Part shown: positions 12,174 through 20,787 of the stretch, piece by piece
Numbering within the stretch: position 1 is the stretch's first letter
How the letters are laid out: every line of letters starts with the position of its first letter
NCBI GenBank assembly: GCA_963736045.1
Contig: CAVTNK010000006.1
Coordinates: forward strand, 104,124-168,123
DNA from: an uncultured Actinomycetes bacterium
Lineage (GTDB): Bacteria; Actinomycetota; Thermoleophilia; Gaiellales; Gaiellaceae
Length of the DNA: 64,000 nucleotides
Direction of reading: 5' to 3'
Notes under the pieces: model-generated
Seen by the model: the letters and a program-made list of their open reading frames with translations, nothing else
The model's database searches: none
Told to the model about the DNA's origin: nothing
Position numbers and translations under genes: made by a program

Positions 12174-12763
12174 AGCATCTCGCGGCGACCGACGAGCGCA
12201 CGACCGAGCGTGACCTCGTCGGCGTACTCGAGGTCGCTCCCCACAGGGAGCCCGCTCGCGAGGCGTGTGACCCGCGCCCGTCCGCGGAGCCGGTCGGCGA
12301 GATAGGCGGCAGTCGCCTCGCCGGTCATGGTCGGATTCGTGGCCACCACGATCTCCTCGATCCCGTCCCGTTCGACCCTCCGGAAGAGCTCGTCGATTCG
12401 AAGGTCGCCCGGCTCGACGCCGTCGATCGGCGAGAGCGCGCCGCCGAGCACGTGGTACAGACCCCGGTACTCGGATGTCCGCTCGATCGAGATCAGATCG
12501 GCCGGTTGCTCGACCACGCAGATGACGGAGCGGTCGCGCCGCGGATCCAGGCAGATCGTGCAGACCTCGTCCTCGGTCAGGTTCCCGCACTCGTTGCAGA
12601 AGCGCACGCGCTCCTTCACTTCCTCGATCGCGTGAGCAAGGGCGACCGCCTCTTCGTGCGAGGCTCGCAGGAGATGGAATGCGAGACGCTGCGCTGTTCG
12701 CGTGCCGACGCCGGGTAGGTGGGTCAGCTGCGAGACGAGGTTGTCGACGGCAGGTGAGAACAC
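12170..12763 (-). CDS. recR: Recombination protein RecR
   Basis: 197 aa. LPGVGTRTAQRLAFHLL helix-hairpin-helix, CNECGNLTEDEVCTIC zinc finger, Toprim region ICVVEQPADL. Confidence 0.95.
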   Translation of the reverse strand: MFSPAVDNLVSQLTHLPGVGTRTAQRLAFHLLRASHEEAVALAHAIEEVKERVRFCNECGNLTEDEVCTICLDPRRDRSVICVVEQPADLISIERTSEYRGLYHVLGGALSPIDGVEPGDLRIDELFRRVERDGIEEIVVATNPTMTGEATAAYLADRLRGRARVTRLASGLPVGSDLEYADEVTLGRALVGRREML

Positions 12764-12808
12764 GGCCCCATTGTGCCCGTCCCGATCGGCCGGTCCTGCC
12801 TCGCGACG

Positions 12809-13141
12809 CTAGAGGCCGGGGAGTCCGAGCCCGCCGAGGTCGCCGAGACCGGTCGCTGCGCCCATCCGCGACTGTGCCAGCGCCTGGGACGAGCGAAGAG
12901 CCTCGTTGACCGCCGCAAGCACCATGTCCTCGAGCAGCTCCGGATCGTCGGGGTCGATCGCCTTCGGGTCGATCTTGATCTCGGTGAGCTCACCTGCCCC
13001 GGTCGCCTTGACCGTGACCATGCCGCCGCCGGCCGACGCCTCGACCGTCTCGGCCGCCAGCTCGTCCTGCACCTTCGCCATCTGTGCCTGCATCTGCTGC
13101 GCCTGCTGCACGAGCTTGTTCATGTCGAAGCCCTTGGCCAT
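12809..13141 (-). CDS. ybaB: Nucleoid-associated protein YbaB/EbfC
   Basis: 110 aa. NKLVQQAQQMQAQMAKVQDELA...VEASAGGGMVTVKATG. Canonical position between dnaX and recR. Confidence 0.9.
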   Translation of the reverse strand: MAKGFDMNKLVQQAQQMQAQMAKVQDELAAETVEASAGGGMVTVKATGAGELTEIKIDPKAIDPDDPELLEDMVLAAVNEALRSSQALAQSRMGAATGLGDLGGLGLPGL

Positions 13142-13144
13142 GTC

Positions 13145-14767
13145 TTATTCGTCCACCTCTCTTGCGTCGAAGGTCTCCTTGAACAGTGCGACGAGGTCGC
13201 TCTCGGTCGGCGGTGCGCCCTCCTCGGGCTCGGTCTGCTCGTCGGGCTCGCCGAGGACGAACGCGAAGCCAAGCTTCCGGCCGGTGACCTCGTAGACCGC
13301 GTCCCGGAGCAGGCTCGTGTACTTGTCCTCTGCGAGCTTGAGGTGGAACGCGGCGTGGGCTGGGAACTCGAGTGTCAACGTGTCCCCGTCGAGCCCCACC
13401 GGGTGCGCCTCGCCGAACACCGGCTTCGCATGCACCGCGCGCTGCTCGACCGCCGGCAGAACCGACCGCTGCCACGCCTCCTGCAGCTGCGCGAGCTCGA
13501 GGGCTGGCGGCCCGTCCGCCTCCGTGACGGTTTCGCGCTCGTCTCGTGACACCTCCGTTCCAGGGACTGTCCCCTGAACAGGGCTCGGCGGGACATGTCC
13601 GCCGCGCTGCTCGAGCAGCTCGAGTCGATAGGCCAGCGACTCGCGCGACATGTCCGCACCGGCGCGGGTGACCTTGACAAGTGCGAGCTCGAGCGGCAGC
13701 CGTGGATCCCCGCCCTGGCGCATATCGTCGACCGCCAATGCGAGCAGGTCGCAGAGACGGAGTACGGTCGCCTCCGGTAGCTGATTCGCCTGGGCCCGCA
13801 GCCGATCGCGCGTCTCCTCTGTTACCGGCAACGTCTCGGGCACTTCGCCCACGTGCTGAACGAGCATGAGATGCCTGAGATGCTCGAGCAGTTCGTTAAC
13901 GAGCCGGCCGACGTCCTGCCCCTGACCGGCCAGCTCCTCCACGAACGTGAGTGCTCCGGCCGCGTCGCGGTCGACGACGAGATCGCAGAGCCGGAAGAGG
14001 GCATCCTCGTCGACGGCGCCGAGGAGCTGCAGCACATCCTGCACCGTAATCTCGCGCCCGGTTGCCGAGGCGAGTTGGTCGACCGTCGAGACGGCATCGC
14101 GGAAGCTCCCTTTCGCGGATCGCGCGATCAGCGAGAGCGCAGCATCAGGGACGGTGAAGCCTTCCCCGTCCGCGACCCGGCGCAGCACCTTCACGAGCTC
14201 GGGCAGCCGCGGCCTGGAGAAGGCGAACGTCTGGCAGCGGGAGCGGACGGTCGCGATCACCTTCTGGAGCTCGGTCGTGCAGAAGACGAAGACGAGGTGC
14301 GGCGGCGGTTCCTCGATCAGCTTGAGCAGCGCGTTCCATGCCGCATCGGTGAGCTGGTGTGCCTCGTCGAGGATGTAGATCTTGTAGCGCCCCTCGACCG
14401 GCTGGAGGATGACACGCTCCCGGATCTCGCGGATGTCGTCGATCCCCCGCTGCGACGCAGCGTCCATCTCGACCACGTCGAGGGAGTTGCCGTTCGTGAT
14501 CGAGGTGCAGGCATGACAGGTGTTGTCCGGGTCAGGCGTCGGTCCCTGCGCGCAGTTCAGCGCCTTGGCGAGGATCCGCGCGAGCGATGTCTTGCCCGTG
14601 CCGCGCGGGCCGGAGAAGAGGTACGCGTGGCGCACCTGATCGTGCGTGATCGCGTTCCGGAGCGTCCGCACCACCGCCTCCTGGCCGACCACGTCGTCGA
14701 AGGTCTGGGGACGGTACTTGCGGTAGAGCGCGGCCACCTTGCGATTCAAGCAGAATCGCGACGGCAT
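13145..14767 (-). CDS. dnaX: DNA polymerase III subunit gamma/tau
   Basis: ALYRKYRPQTFDDVVGQE, Walker A GPRGTGKTS, zinc module CAQGPTPDPDNTCHAC, ILDEAH. The true start is probably the GTG at 14737 (VAALYRKYRP). Confidence 0.95.
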   Translation of the reverse strand: MPSRFCLNRKVAALYRKYRPQTFDDVVGQEAVVRTLRNAITHDQVRHAYLFSGPRGTGKTSLARILAKALNCAQGPTPDPDNTCHACTSITNGNSLDVVEMDAASQRGIDDIREIRERVILQPVEGRYKIYILDEAHQLTDAAWNALLKLIEEPPPHLVFVFCTTELQKVIATVRSRCQTFAFSRPRLPELVKVLRRVADGEGFTVPDAALSLIARSAKGSFRDAVSTVDQLASATGREITVQDVLQLLGAVDEDALFRLCDLVVDRDAAGALTFVEELAGQGQDVGRLVNELLEHLRHLMLVQHVGEVPETLPVTEETRDRLRAQANQLPEATVLRLCDLLALAVDDMRQGGDPRLPLELALVKVTRAGADMSRESLAYRLELLEQRGGHVPPSPVQGTVPGTEVSRDERETVTEADGPPALELAQLQEAWQRSVLPAVEQRAVHAKPVFGEAHPVGLDGDTLTLEFPAHAAFHLKLAEDKYTSLLRDAVYEVTGRKLGFAFVLGEPDEQTEPEEGAPPTESDLVALFKETFDAREVDE

Positions 14768-14864
14768 GCCCGCGTGGATTTGCGAGACGTGCCGCGGCTA
14801 GGGGATAGCCCGGTCGCGCGGACGCGCCTTCGAGGTGAATCGATCGGGCGGCGCCAGCGCTGCC

Positions 14865-14972
14865 GGCTCGGGTCAGGCGAGTCCGCGGCACCTGGGGGAC
14901 ACTCCTTAGCGCTGCTTCCTCCCGGATCTGACGCGGTTCGAAGGCTCCCAGTGCGCGGGACCTGACCGTCAA
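14865..14972 (-). ncRNA. ffs: Signal recognition particle RNA (small/4.5S type)
   Basis: The minus strand reads GGTCAGGTCCCGCG...GTCAGATCCGGGAGGAAGCAGC...CCGCGGACTCGCCTGACC. The closing helix is GGTCAGG/CCTGACC (core 14871-14967), and the conserved domain-IV motif is present. Canonical location upstream of dnaX. Confidence 0.8.
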
Positions 14973-15127
14973 CGCCGGACGCGCCGGCCCTGGCCCCGTT
15001 CGATTCCGCCCCTCGGGCGGTGTTCGGCCCCGCTATAGCGGATTGCGGGTTCAAGGAACCGCTAGCTCCCCGCCTAGCGCGACCGGGCACGAGCGAGTGT
15101 ACCGACTTCGGTATCGTCCGAGCGCCG

Positions 15128-15199
15128 GGGCGCGTAGCTCAGCGGGAGAGCGCCCGCTTCACACGCGGGAGGTCGCTGGTTCGATCCCAGCCGCGCCCA
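15128..15199 (+). tRNA. tRNA-Val (anticodon CAC)
   Basis: Full cloverleaf by hand. Acceptor GGGCGCG/CGCGCCC, D arm GCTC-AGCGGGA-GAGC, anticodon arm CCCGC-TTCACAC-GCGGG, variable AGGTC, T arm GCTGG-TTCGATC-CCAGC, discriminator A. CCA is not encoded. Confidence 0.9.
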
Positions 15200-15250
15200 T
15201 CGCTCAACCAAGCCATTCCTGGCTCTCAGCCTCGGCTCGGTAAGGCCGAA

Positions 15251-15274
15251 TGGTGAGTGAATTGGTGAGTACGG
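15251..15274. repeat. Direct repeat copy A1 (TGGTGAGTGAATTGGTGAGTACGG), candidate attL
   Basis: Matches 25443-25465 as a 10-mer plus a 13-mer separated by a 2-nt indel. Built from two TGGTGAGT half-sites. Lies 52 nt 3' of tRNA-Val. Confidence 0.6.
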
Positions 15275-15293
15275 AGCTGGCGTGCGCGCCCGA

Positions 15294-15527
15294 TCAGCGA
15301 AGAGGTCCCGCGAGGGTGTAGACGCCGCGCGCCACCCGTACGAACTCGGGATTGCGTTGAAAGACGGCATTCAGCGACTGCTGGAGCTGATTCGGTCTCT
15401 TCGTATCCTGGGTAACGTAACCCCTTGCCCTGAGCGCCTCCGCGATCTCGTACACACGGAGAGGTCGACCAGCGTCGGCGAGAACGCTGATCGCGAGAGC
15501 TCTTTGTGATCCGTCGTGCGGGCCCAC
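15294..15527 (-). CDS. Small HARE-HTH / winged-helix DNA-binding protein
   Basis: 77 aa, GTG start. ALAISVLADAGRPLRVYEIAEALRARG...FVRVARGVYTLA fits the HARE-HTH pattern. Sits between the tRNA and the integrase. Confidence 0.55.
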   Translation of the reverse strand: MGPHDGSQRALAISVLADAGRPLRVYEIAEALRARGYVTQDTKRPNQLQQSLNAVFQRNPEFVRVARGVYTLAGPLR

Positions 15528-15790
15528 GAACTCATCGTAACTTGGCTAGAGGCAAGCAACGTCGATCCGACTATCAGGCTCAGTCCGTCGACAGAGCCGT
15601 GGTCCGACCACAGAGCTATGGTTGCCGCGTCGTGACTTTCCACAGCGCTCTTCGTCTCTTTGAGGACGATCTGAACGAAGCCAAGGTCACAGGTCGACTT
15701 CAGCCGTCAGGCGTACGAGCTTGATGTTCCCGAGACGATCCCTCAGGAGAGTCGTTCCAGAGCCTACGTAGCAGTCAAGGACCGTGTCTG

Positions 15791-16690
15791 GTGGCGTGGA
15801 CGCGCAAGAACTACCGGGCCGCACTCGACCTGGTGTTGATCCCGCGCTTCGGCCAGATGCGGCTGACTGCGATCACGCCCGAACACATCGCCAAGTTGAT
15901 CCGCGAGTTCGAGCGTGAAGGTCCGTCGGGCAAGCCGCTGTCGTCGTCGATGATCGACGGCTACCTGCGGCCGCTGAACGGCACCATGACCTTCGCCGTC
16001 CGCCGCGGGCTGATCAACGTCAACCCGTACACGCTGCTGACGAGTGATGACCGGCCGCATCGGCGCGAGCGGCGGCAGGATCATGTCTGGTCGGACGAGG
16101 AGATCGAGGCGCTGATCCAGGCTGCAGAGCAGCTCGCGCTGAAGCCGGCGTCCCGCTACGACTACACACCATTGCTCCGCACCGCTGTCTTCACCGGGTT
16201 GCGGCTCGGCGAGTTGCTCGGCCTGCAGTGGCAGGACGTCGACCTGCACGAGGGTGTGCTCCACGTTCGGCGGCAGTACAGCCGTCTTGGCGAGTACGCG
16301 CCGCCGAAGACGAAAGCAGCTGTTCGTCGGATCCCTCTTTCCGAGGAGATGACGAGAGAGCTAGCGGCGCTCAAGCTCCGCTCCCGGTACTCAAACAACG
16401 ACGATCCCGTCTTCGTCGCCCGCAACGGCAAGCCGCTCAAGCATCGCAACGCAACCCGCCGCGGCTTCGAGGCGCCCGCTGAAGCGGCCGGGATCGAAGG
16501 CGTCTCGTTCCACTCGATGCGCCACGCGTTCGCGTCGCGGATGATCGACCGCGGCATCTCCTCAACCGTGCTCGCCGCGTTGATGGGGCACGAGTCGAGC
16601 ACGATCACCGAGCGCCGCTACGTGTATCTGTTCGACCGCCAACGAACGGACGAGGCGGTGCGGCAGGCGATGGCTTCAGTGACCAGCTGA
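15791..16690 (+). CDS. Tyrosine-type site-specific integrase/recombinase
   Basis: 299 aa, GTG start, no in-frame start further upstream. SAM-like N-domain (RFGQMRLTAITPEHI), TGLRLGELLGLQW (catalytic Arg), HSMRHAFASRM (HxxR), GHESSTITERRYVYL (catalytic Tyr). Confidence 0.9.
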   Translation: MAWTRKNYRAALDLVLIPRFGQMRLTAITPEHIAKLIREFEREGPSGKPLSSSMIDGYLRPLNGTMTFAVRRGLINVNPYTLLTSDDRPHRRERRQDHVWSDEEIEALIQAAEQLALKPASRYDYTPLLRTAVFTGLRLGELLGLQWQDVDLHEGVLHVRRQYSRLGEYAPPKTKAAVRRIPLSEEMTRELAALKLRSRYSNNDDPVFVARNGKPLKHRNATRRGFEAPAEAAGIEGVSFHSMRHAFASRMIDRGISSTVLAALMGHESSTITERRYVYLFDRQRTDEAVRQAMASVTS

Positions 16691-16872
16691 CGCAGAGTGG
16701 TGTGGGAAGGCGACGCCGGTCATCAGACACCGATCAGGTCGGCGCGACCTGTGGGAACGGTTGGAATCCCGCTTGATCTTTGCTGAAGCTTGGCCTTCGC
16801 CTCGCCCGCTCTTAGCGCGGGTCGGTGTAGAACTGACGGCGGTTGGATCACAGAGGGAAGGAAAACATCACC

Positions 16873-17313
16873 ATGCGCAAGTTCATTGCCTTGTCACTCG
16901 CGACGGCGATCGTGCTCTCGGCCAGTGTTGCTGGCGCGCTCGGCTCATCGACATCCTCGGCGGGCACAGTCAAGTTGGAGGCCAAGGGGCTGTCCGGTGC
17001 GAAAGAGGTGCCGAGGGGCGCGCCGACTGGCAGGGGCGCTGCCGACTTCACAATCACCGGGAGCAAGGTCTGCTGGGACTTCACCATCAGCGGGATCGGC
17101 AAGCCCCTTGCCGCCCACATCCACCGCGGCCGCGCTGGCAAGGCAGGCCCGGTCGTCGTCCCGCTCGGTGCGGCCTACCGCCAGCAGGGTTGCACCACCG
17201 CTCCTACCGCCGTTGCGAAGGCGATCATTGCCAACCCGAGCGGGTTCTACGTCAATGTCCACACCAAGCAGTTCCCGAACGGCGCCATCCGAGCGCAACT
17301 CGCAAGACCCTGA
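16873..17313 (+). CDS. Secreted CHRD-domain protein
   Basis: Signal peptide MRKFIALSLATAIVLSASVAGA. AAHIHRGRAGKAGPVVVPL and FYVNVHTKQFPNGAIRAQL motifs. RBS GGGAAGGAAA upstream of the ATG. Confidence 0.75.
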   Translation: MRKFIALSLATAIVLSASVAGALGSSTSSAGTVKLEAKGLSGAKEVPRGAPTGRGAADFTITGSKVCWDFTISGIGKPLAAHIHRGRAGKAGPVVVPLGAAYRQQGCTTAPTAVAKAIIANPSGFYVNVHTKQFPNGAIRAQLARP

Positions 17314-17342
17314 TATGAGGCTCGCCCTCCGCGAAGCAGACT

Positions 17343-17368
17343 GAAGGCCCGCCGCAACGCGGGCCTTC
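17343..17368 (+). terminator. Hairpin terminator after the CHRD gene
   Basis: GAAGGCCCGC-CGCAAC-GCGGGCCTTC, a 10-bp perfect stem. Confidence 0.55.
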
Positions 17369-17496
17369 TCCTGTCCCGGCCCGAGTCCTCGGAAGGTCAC
17401 GGCAGCGCGGGTCGGCGCCTGCCCTGATGGGGCGTAACTCGTCGCAAGATGCGGGAAAGGCGTCAGACAGTGGGCTCGAATGGATGCTTCGGCGGC

Positions 17497-18123
17497 GTAT
17501 ACCTGGCGGAAGAGGTTTCCAACGAGCTGCTCGAACTCGAGCGGGTCGACCTGCAGCAGATCCCGCGCGGGTCCGTGGCTGTCCGGTGCGTCCGCGGCTA
17601 TGAGATCGTGATCTATCGGCGCTGGGATCATTCGAAGCGGCTGGATGTGACTGAGCGCCGAAGGCCGCTTTGCAACCAATCCGTTCAGCGATCGGAAGCA
17701 GTCGCGCGGATTGACGCGGGCCAAGTCGAGCTGCATGAAGCCTCCGCGGTCTGATTCGCAAGTGGCGAGGCACACGCGCTCGTCGCTGCCCGTCGCCGAG
17801 TTCACCCTGGTCGCGTAGACGTTGACTGTGACGCGGTCGACCATCTCTAGGTAGTCGCTATCGAATACCTCGTACAACGTCCTGAACGCAGACTGGTAGA
17901 CGATGCTGTCGTAGAGGTCGGCTAGCGTAGCTTGTGCGAGCGAGGCTCCCGTGATCTCGCCCTTGCTCGGATCGAAGCGGTAACGGGAAACGCTCGGCAC
18001 GTCTGCCAGCGCCGGTGCGTCACGGTTGATGATCGCTAGCCGCTGCCCCGAGTCGTAGTGCACCTCCGTAGTCGTCGGGAAGGTTGATGGGTAGTCGCTC
18101 CGATCGAGGTCGCGGCGCCGCAC
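17497..18123 (-). pseudogene. 5' fragment of an Mrr-like restriction endonuclease family gene (nuclease core missing)
   Basis: The N-terminal domain runs up to the typical ...VDPLEFEQLVGNLFRQ helix that precedes the Mrr catalytic core. After that the frame only yields non-protein-like sequence antisense to the CHRD gene. Confidence 0.45.
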
Positions 18124-18403
18124 GCGGCGATCCCTCCTCCGCCGCGTGACGGACCCGACCTCGGCCGGCTGTCTGCGCGCATGTCGGGCTGCTGACGCCT
18201 AACTCCTACTTTGAGTCAGACGAACTTCGATCGATGGAATGGCGGCCATGAGCGCAGCTCCTCGAGACTGAACTGCTTTTAGCCACCAGCGAGTCGTCCG
18301 GGCCATTCGATGGCCGAGCTGTGGGTTTGCGTGCACGCGAATGGGTTTGGGAGACTCGTCACGGCCCGCGATCGGCGGGACGCTCAAAGAGAGAGGAGAA
18401 GAA

Positions 18404-18967
18404 GTGCGACACCCGTTTTCGCGCAATGCGCTTCGTCAACACCTAACCCCGTCTCCCGCGACGGTCATCGCGTCTCTGGCGTTGCTGGTTGCTTGTGGGG
18501 GCACGGCCTTCGCGGGCACGTCGGTGGGCGGCTCCTCCGTGGGGGGCCGCGACGGACGTGCGCACGTAGTGAGCGGCACGCCCGGTCCTAGGGGCCCGAA
18601 GGGCCCGAGGGGACCTCGCGGACCGGCTGGCCCTGCCGGCCCGGCCGGCGCACCGGGATCGGCGTTCGCCTACGCCCACGTCCTCAGCACCGGCTACGTC
18701 GATCCCGCAGAAAGCAAGAACGTCGACATCATGGACCTCGTTCAGGTTGGCGTCCACTGCCTGATTGTCACCGGCGGCACTCCGAAGAACGTGACGGCGA
18801 TCATCGACAACACGGGCGCCGACGCGCGGACGAGCCAGATCGGCGGCAACGTCGCGCCGCCCGGGAGCACCACCGCAGCGGGCTGCCTTTCCGGAGATAA
18901 CGTGTCGATCGTGACAAGTTCGGGAGGCAGATTCGTGGACCTGCCCTTTTACGTCGTCATCAACTAG
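18404..18967 (+). CDS. Secreted protein with a collagen-like Gly-X-Y repeat
   Basis: RBS AGAGAGGAGAAGAA then GTG. Signal/TM IASLALLVACGGTAFA. Nine uninterrupted triplets GTPGPRGPKGPRGPRGPAGPAGPAGAPG, then a beta-rich C-domain. Confidence 0.65.
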   Translation: MRHPFSRNALRQHLTPSPATVIASLALLVACGGTAFAGTSVGGSSVGGRDGRAHVVSGTPGPRGPKGPRGPRGPAGPAGPAGAPGSAFAYAHVLSTGYVDPAESKNVDIMDLVQVGVHCLIVTGGTPKNVTAIIDNTGADARTSQIGGNVAPPGSTTAAGCLSGDNVSIVTSSGGRFVDLPFYVVIN

Positions 18968-18980
18968 CGGTCCAAAAGCA

Positions 18981-19007
18981 GCAGGCGGGCGGTACGCGTC
19001 CGCCTGC
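18981..19007 (+). terminator. Hairpin after the collagen-like gene
   Basis: GCAGGCGG...CCGCCTGC, an 8-bp stem with an inner ACGCGT palindrome. Confidence 0.45.
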
Positions 19008-19169
19008 GCCTGCAGGTGATCGCGCAACCGGCCTGTCGGTGCTGAGGCATTTCGCGAACTTTGCGAGAGAGACCGGCAGATAGATGCGTCGTAACGAATC
19101 CGCGTTGCTGGCGGAGGTCTTCGAGGCAAAGCGGGCACGTCCGACAGTGGCCTCAGACTCCCTGCTCGT

Positions 19170-19847
19170 ATGTGTGGTCGGTTCACGTCAAGCCAGCCCC
19201 GCTCGGCAGTCGCCGAGCGGTTCCAAGTCACCGTCCCGGAGACCTACAGCGAGCGGTTCAACCTGGCGCCGACTCAGCGCGTGTTGATCGTCAGGGAACG
19301 GGAGGGGGAGCGTGAGGCGGTGCTGGCGAAGTGGGGGCTGCTGCCGCATTGGGCAAAGGATGAGCGGCTCGCCTACAAGATGATCAACGCCCGCGCTGAG
19401 ACGCTTGGGGAGAAGCCGGCGTACCGGTCGCTGCTTGGCAAGTACCGTTGCCTCGTCGTCGCCGACGGGTTTTATGAGTGGACGGTCGGGGCGGATGGGA
19501 AGAAGCAGCCGATTCTTTTCCGGCTCGCCGATGGTGGCCTGTTCGCGTTCGCCGGCCTGTGGACGCACCGGACGGATGCCGCTACCGATCAGCGGGTCGA
19601 GTCGTGCTCGATCATCACGACGCGGCCGAACGATCTCGTCGCGGCGGTCCACGACCGGATGCCGGTCATCCTTCCAGGCGACGTTGAGAACAGCTGGCTC
19701 GATCCGGATATCTCCCGCGACCACGCTCTGTCTTTGCTTGAGCCGTACCCGGCAGGGTTGATGGTCTCGGCGTTCGCCTCGCCGCTTGTCAACTCGGTAC
19801 GAAATGACGACCCGGGCCTGCTGATCGCCGAATCGCTCGCCGCCTGA
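19170..19847 (+). CDS. SOS-response-associated peptidase (SRAP/YedK, abasic-site DNA-protein crosslink family)
   Basis: 225 aa beginning MCGRF (catalytic Cys2). FNLAPTQ, WGLLPHWAKD, MINARAETL and ADGFYEW motifs. Confidence 0.85.
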   Translation: MCGRFTSSQPRSAVAERFQVTVPETYSERFNLAPTQRVLIVREREGEREAVLAKWGLLPHWAKDERLAYKMINARAETLGEKPAYRSLLGKYRCLVVADGFYEWTVGADGKKQPILFRLADGGLFAFAGLWTHRTDAATDQRVESCSIITTRPNDLVAAVHDRMPVILPGDVENSWLDPDISRDHALSLLEPYPAGLMVSAFASPLVNSVRNDDPGLLIAESLAA

Positions 19848-19892
19848 GCCGACCGTGGAGTGGGGTGGACGCGGTAGCGTCCGCAGTCGAGG

Positions 19893-20762
19893 ATGGATCT
19901 CGATCAGGCGATCGACGAGCTGTACTCGGTTACTCCCGACGATTTCGTTGGCGAGCGGTCACGGCTTGCGAAGGGACTGAGAGATGGCGGGCAGGCCGGT
20001 GAGGCTGCCACGCTCGGGAAGATGCGCAAGCCGTCGGTTGCCGCCTGGGCGCTGAATCAGCTCTCGCGCGGCAACCGGCGTCAGGTCGATCTGCTCCTCG
20101 ACGCGGGCCACCGGCTGCGTGAGGCGCAGGCAGCGGTCCTCGCTGGGTCCGACCACGATGTGTTTGAGCGGGCGCAGGCGGCGGAGCGCGAGGCGGTGTC
20201 TCGACTTGTCCGGGTGGCGGAGACACTCTTGAAGGAGCGTGGCGCCGTGTCAGCGTCGGTGCTCAACCAGGTCGCTGACTCGCTGCGGATCGCGGCGATC
20301 TCCCCGGACGGCCGCGAGCTGCTGGCACGTGGACGTTTCACCAAACCACCGGTTAGCCAGGGCTTCGACCTGGCCAACGAGCTCGCCGCCCAAACCCCTC
20401 GAACAGCACCTGCTAAAGACGCCGGCCCCGTCGAGCAAGAGGAGAGGCGACGGGCGAAACAGGCTGTCCGCACCGCGCAGGCGAGCCTGCGAGCTGCCGA
20501 GCGAGAAGCGCGCGACGCACGGCGAGACGCCGAACGTGTGAGCCGTCAGGCCGATCAGGCCCGGGAACGCGTCGCCGAGGCTGAAAGGCGAGTCGAAGCC
20601 GCGACCAAGGCTGTCGACCGAGGCACAGGCTCGATCAGGGCAATGAACGTGCCTGCTGGGAAGACGCCGAACCGCAGCTTCTTGCCTGCGCCGCGTGCGG
20701 ACGAACGACCGCTGCGTCCGCGGGTTCTGATCGGATCCCAGCGTCAGATGGGCTGGTGCTGA
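19893..20762 (+). CDS. Hypothetical protein with a C-terminal Arg/Glu/Ala-rich coiled coil
   Basis: 289 aa intact ORF, 45 nt after the SRAP gene. ELYSVTPDDFVGERSRLAK N-terminus and AERE/ARDARRDAER heptad-like tail. No family recognised. Confidence 0.5.
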   Translation: MDLDQAIDELYSVTPDDFVGERSRLAKGLRDGGQAGEAATLGKMRKPSVAAWALNQLSRGNRRQVDLLLDAGHRLREAQAAVLAGSDHDVFERAQAAEREAVSRLVRVAETLLKERGAVSASVLNQVADSLRIAAISPDGRELLARGRFTKPPVSQGFDLANELAAQTPRTAPAKDAGPVEQEERRRAKQAVRTAQASLRAAEREARDARRDAERVSRQADQARERVAEAERRVEAATKAVDRGTGSIRAMNVPAGKTPNRSFLPAPRADERPLRPRVLIGSQRQMGWC

Positions 20763-20787
20763 GACGTTACGGGCAAGACGTTACGGG
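20762..20787. repeat. Tandem duplication, 14-bp period (AGACGTTACGGG x2)
   Basis: AGACGTTACGGG at 20762-20773 and 20776-20787. It spans the two convergent stop codons (20760-20762 and 20767-20769). Confidence 0.8.

Noticed and set aside
10131-12590. 819-aa minus-strand ORF spanning ask, the oxidoreductase gene and recR
   Set aside because: Arg/Gly/Pro-rich shadow frame typical of GC-rich DNA. Only short stretches (parts of ask) are real coding sequence. It runs antisense to the well-supported 11301-12173 gene.
14991-15020. GTTCGATTCC T-loop-like motif plus CCGCCCCTCGGGCGG hairpin between SRP RNA and tRNA-Val
   Set aside because: No complementary T-stem or acceptor stem can be drawn, so it is not a tRNA. 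It is probably promoter or hairpin sequence.
15371-15643. 90-aa ORF overlapping the HARE-HTH gene in another frame
   Set aside because: Its C-terminal half is out-of-frame HARE-HTH sequence. A stop lies 8 codons upstream of the HARE-HTH GTG in the real frame, so there is no need to invoke a longer fused protein.
19040-19075. Possible LexA/SOS box (TCGCGAAC-TTTG-CGAGAG) upstream of the SRAP gene
   Set aside because: Only the left half resembles TCGAAC-N4-GTTCGA. The right half does not match.
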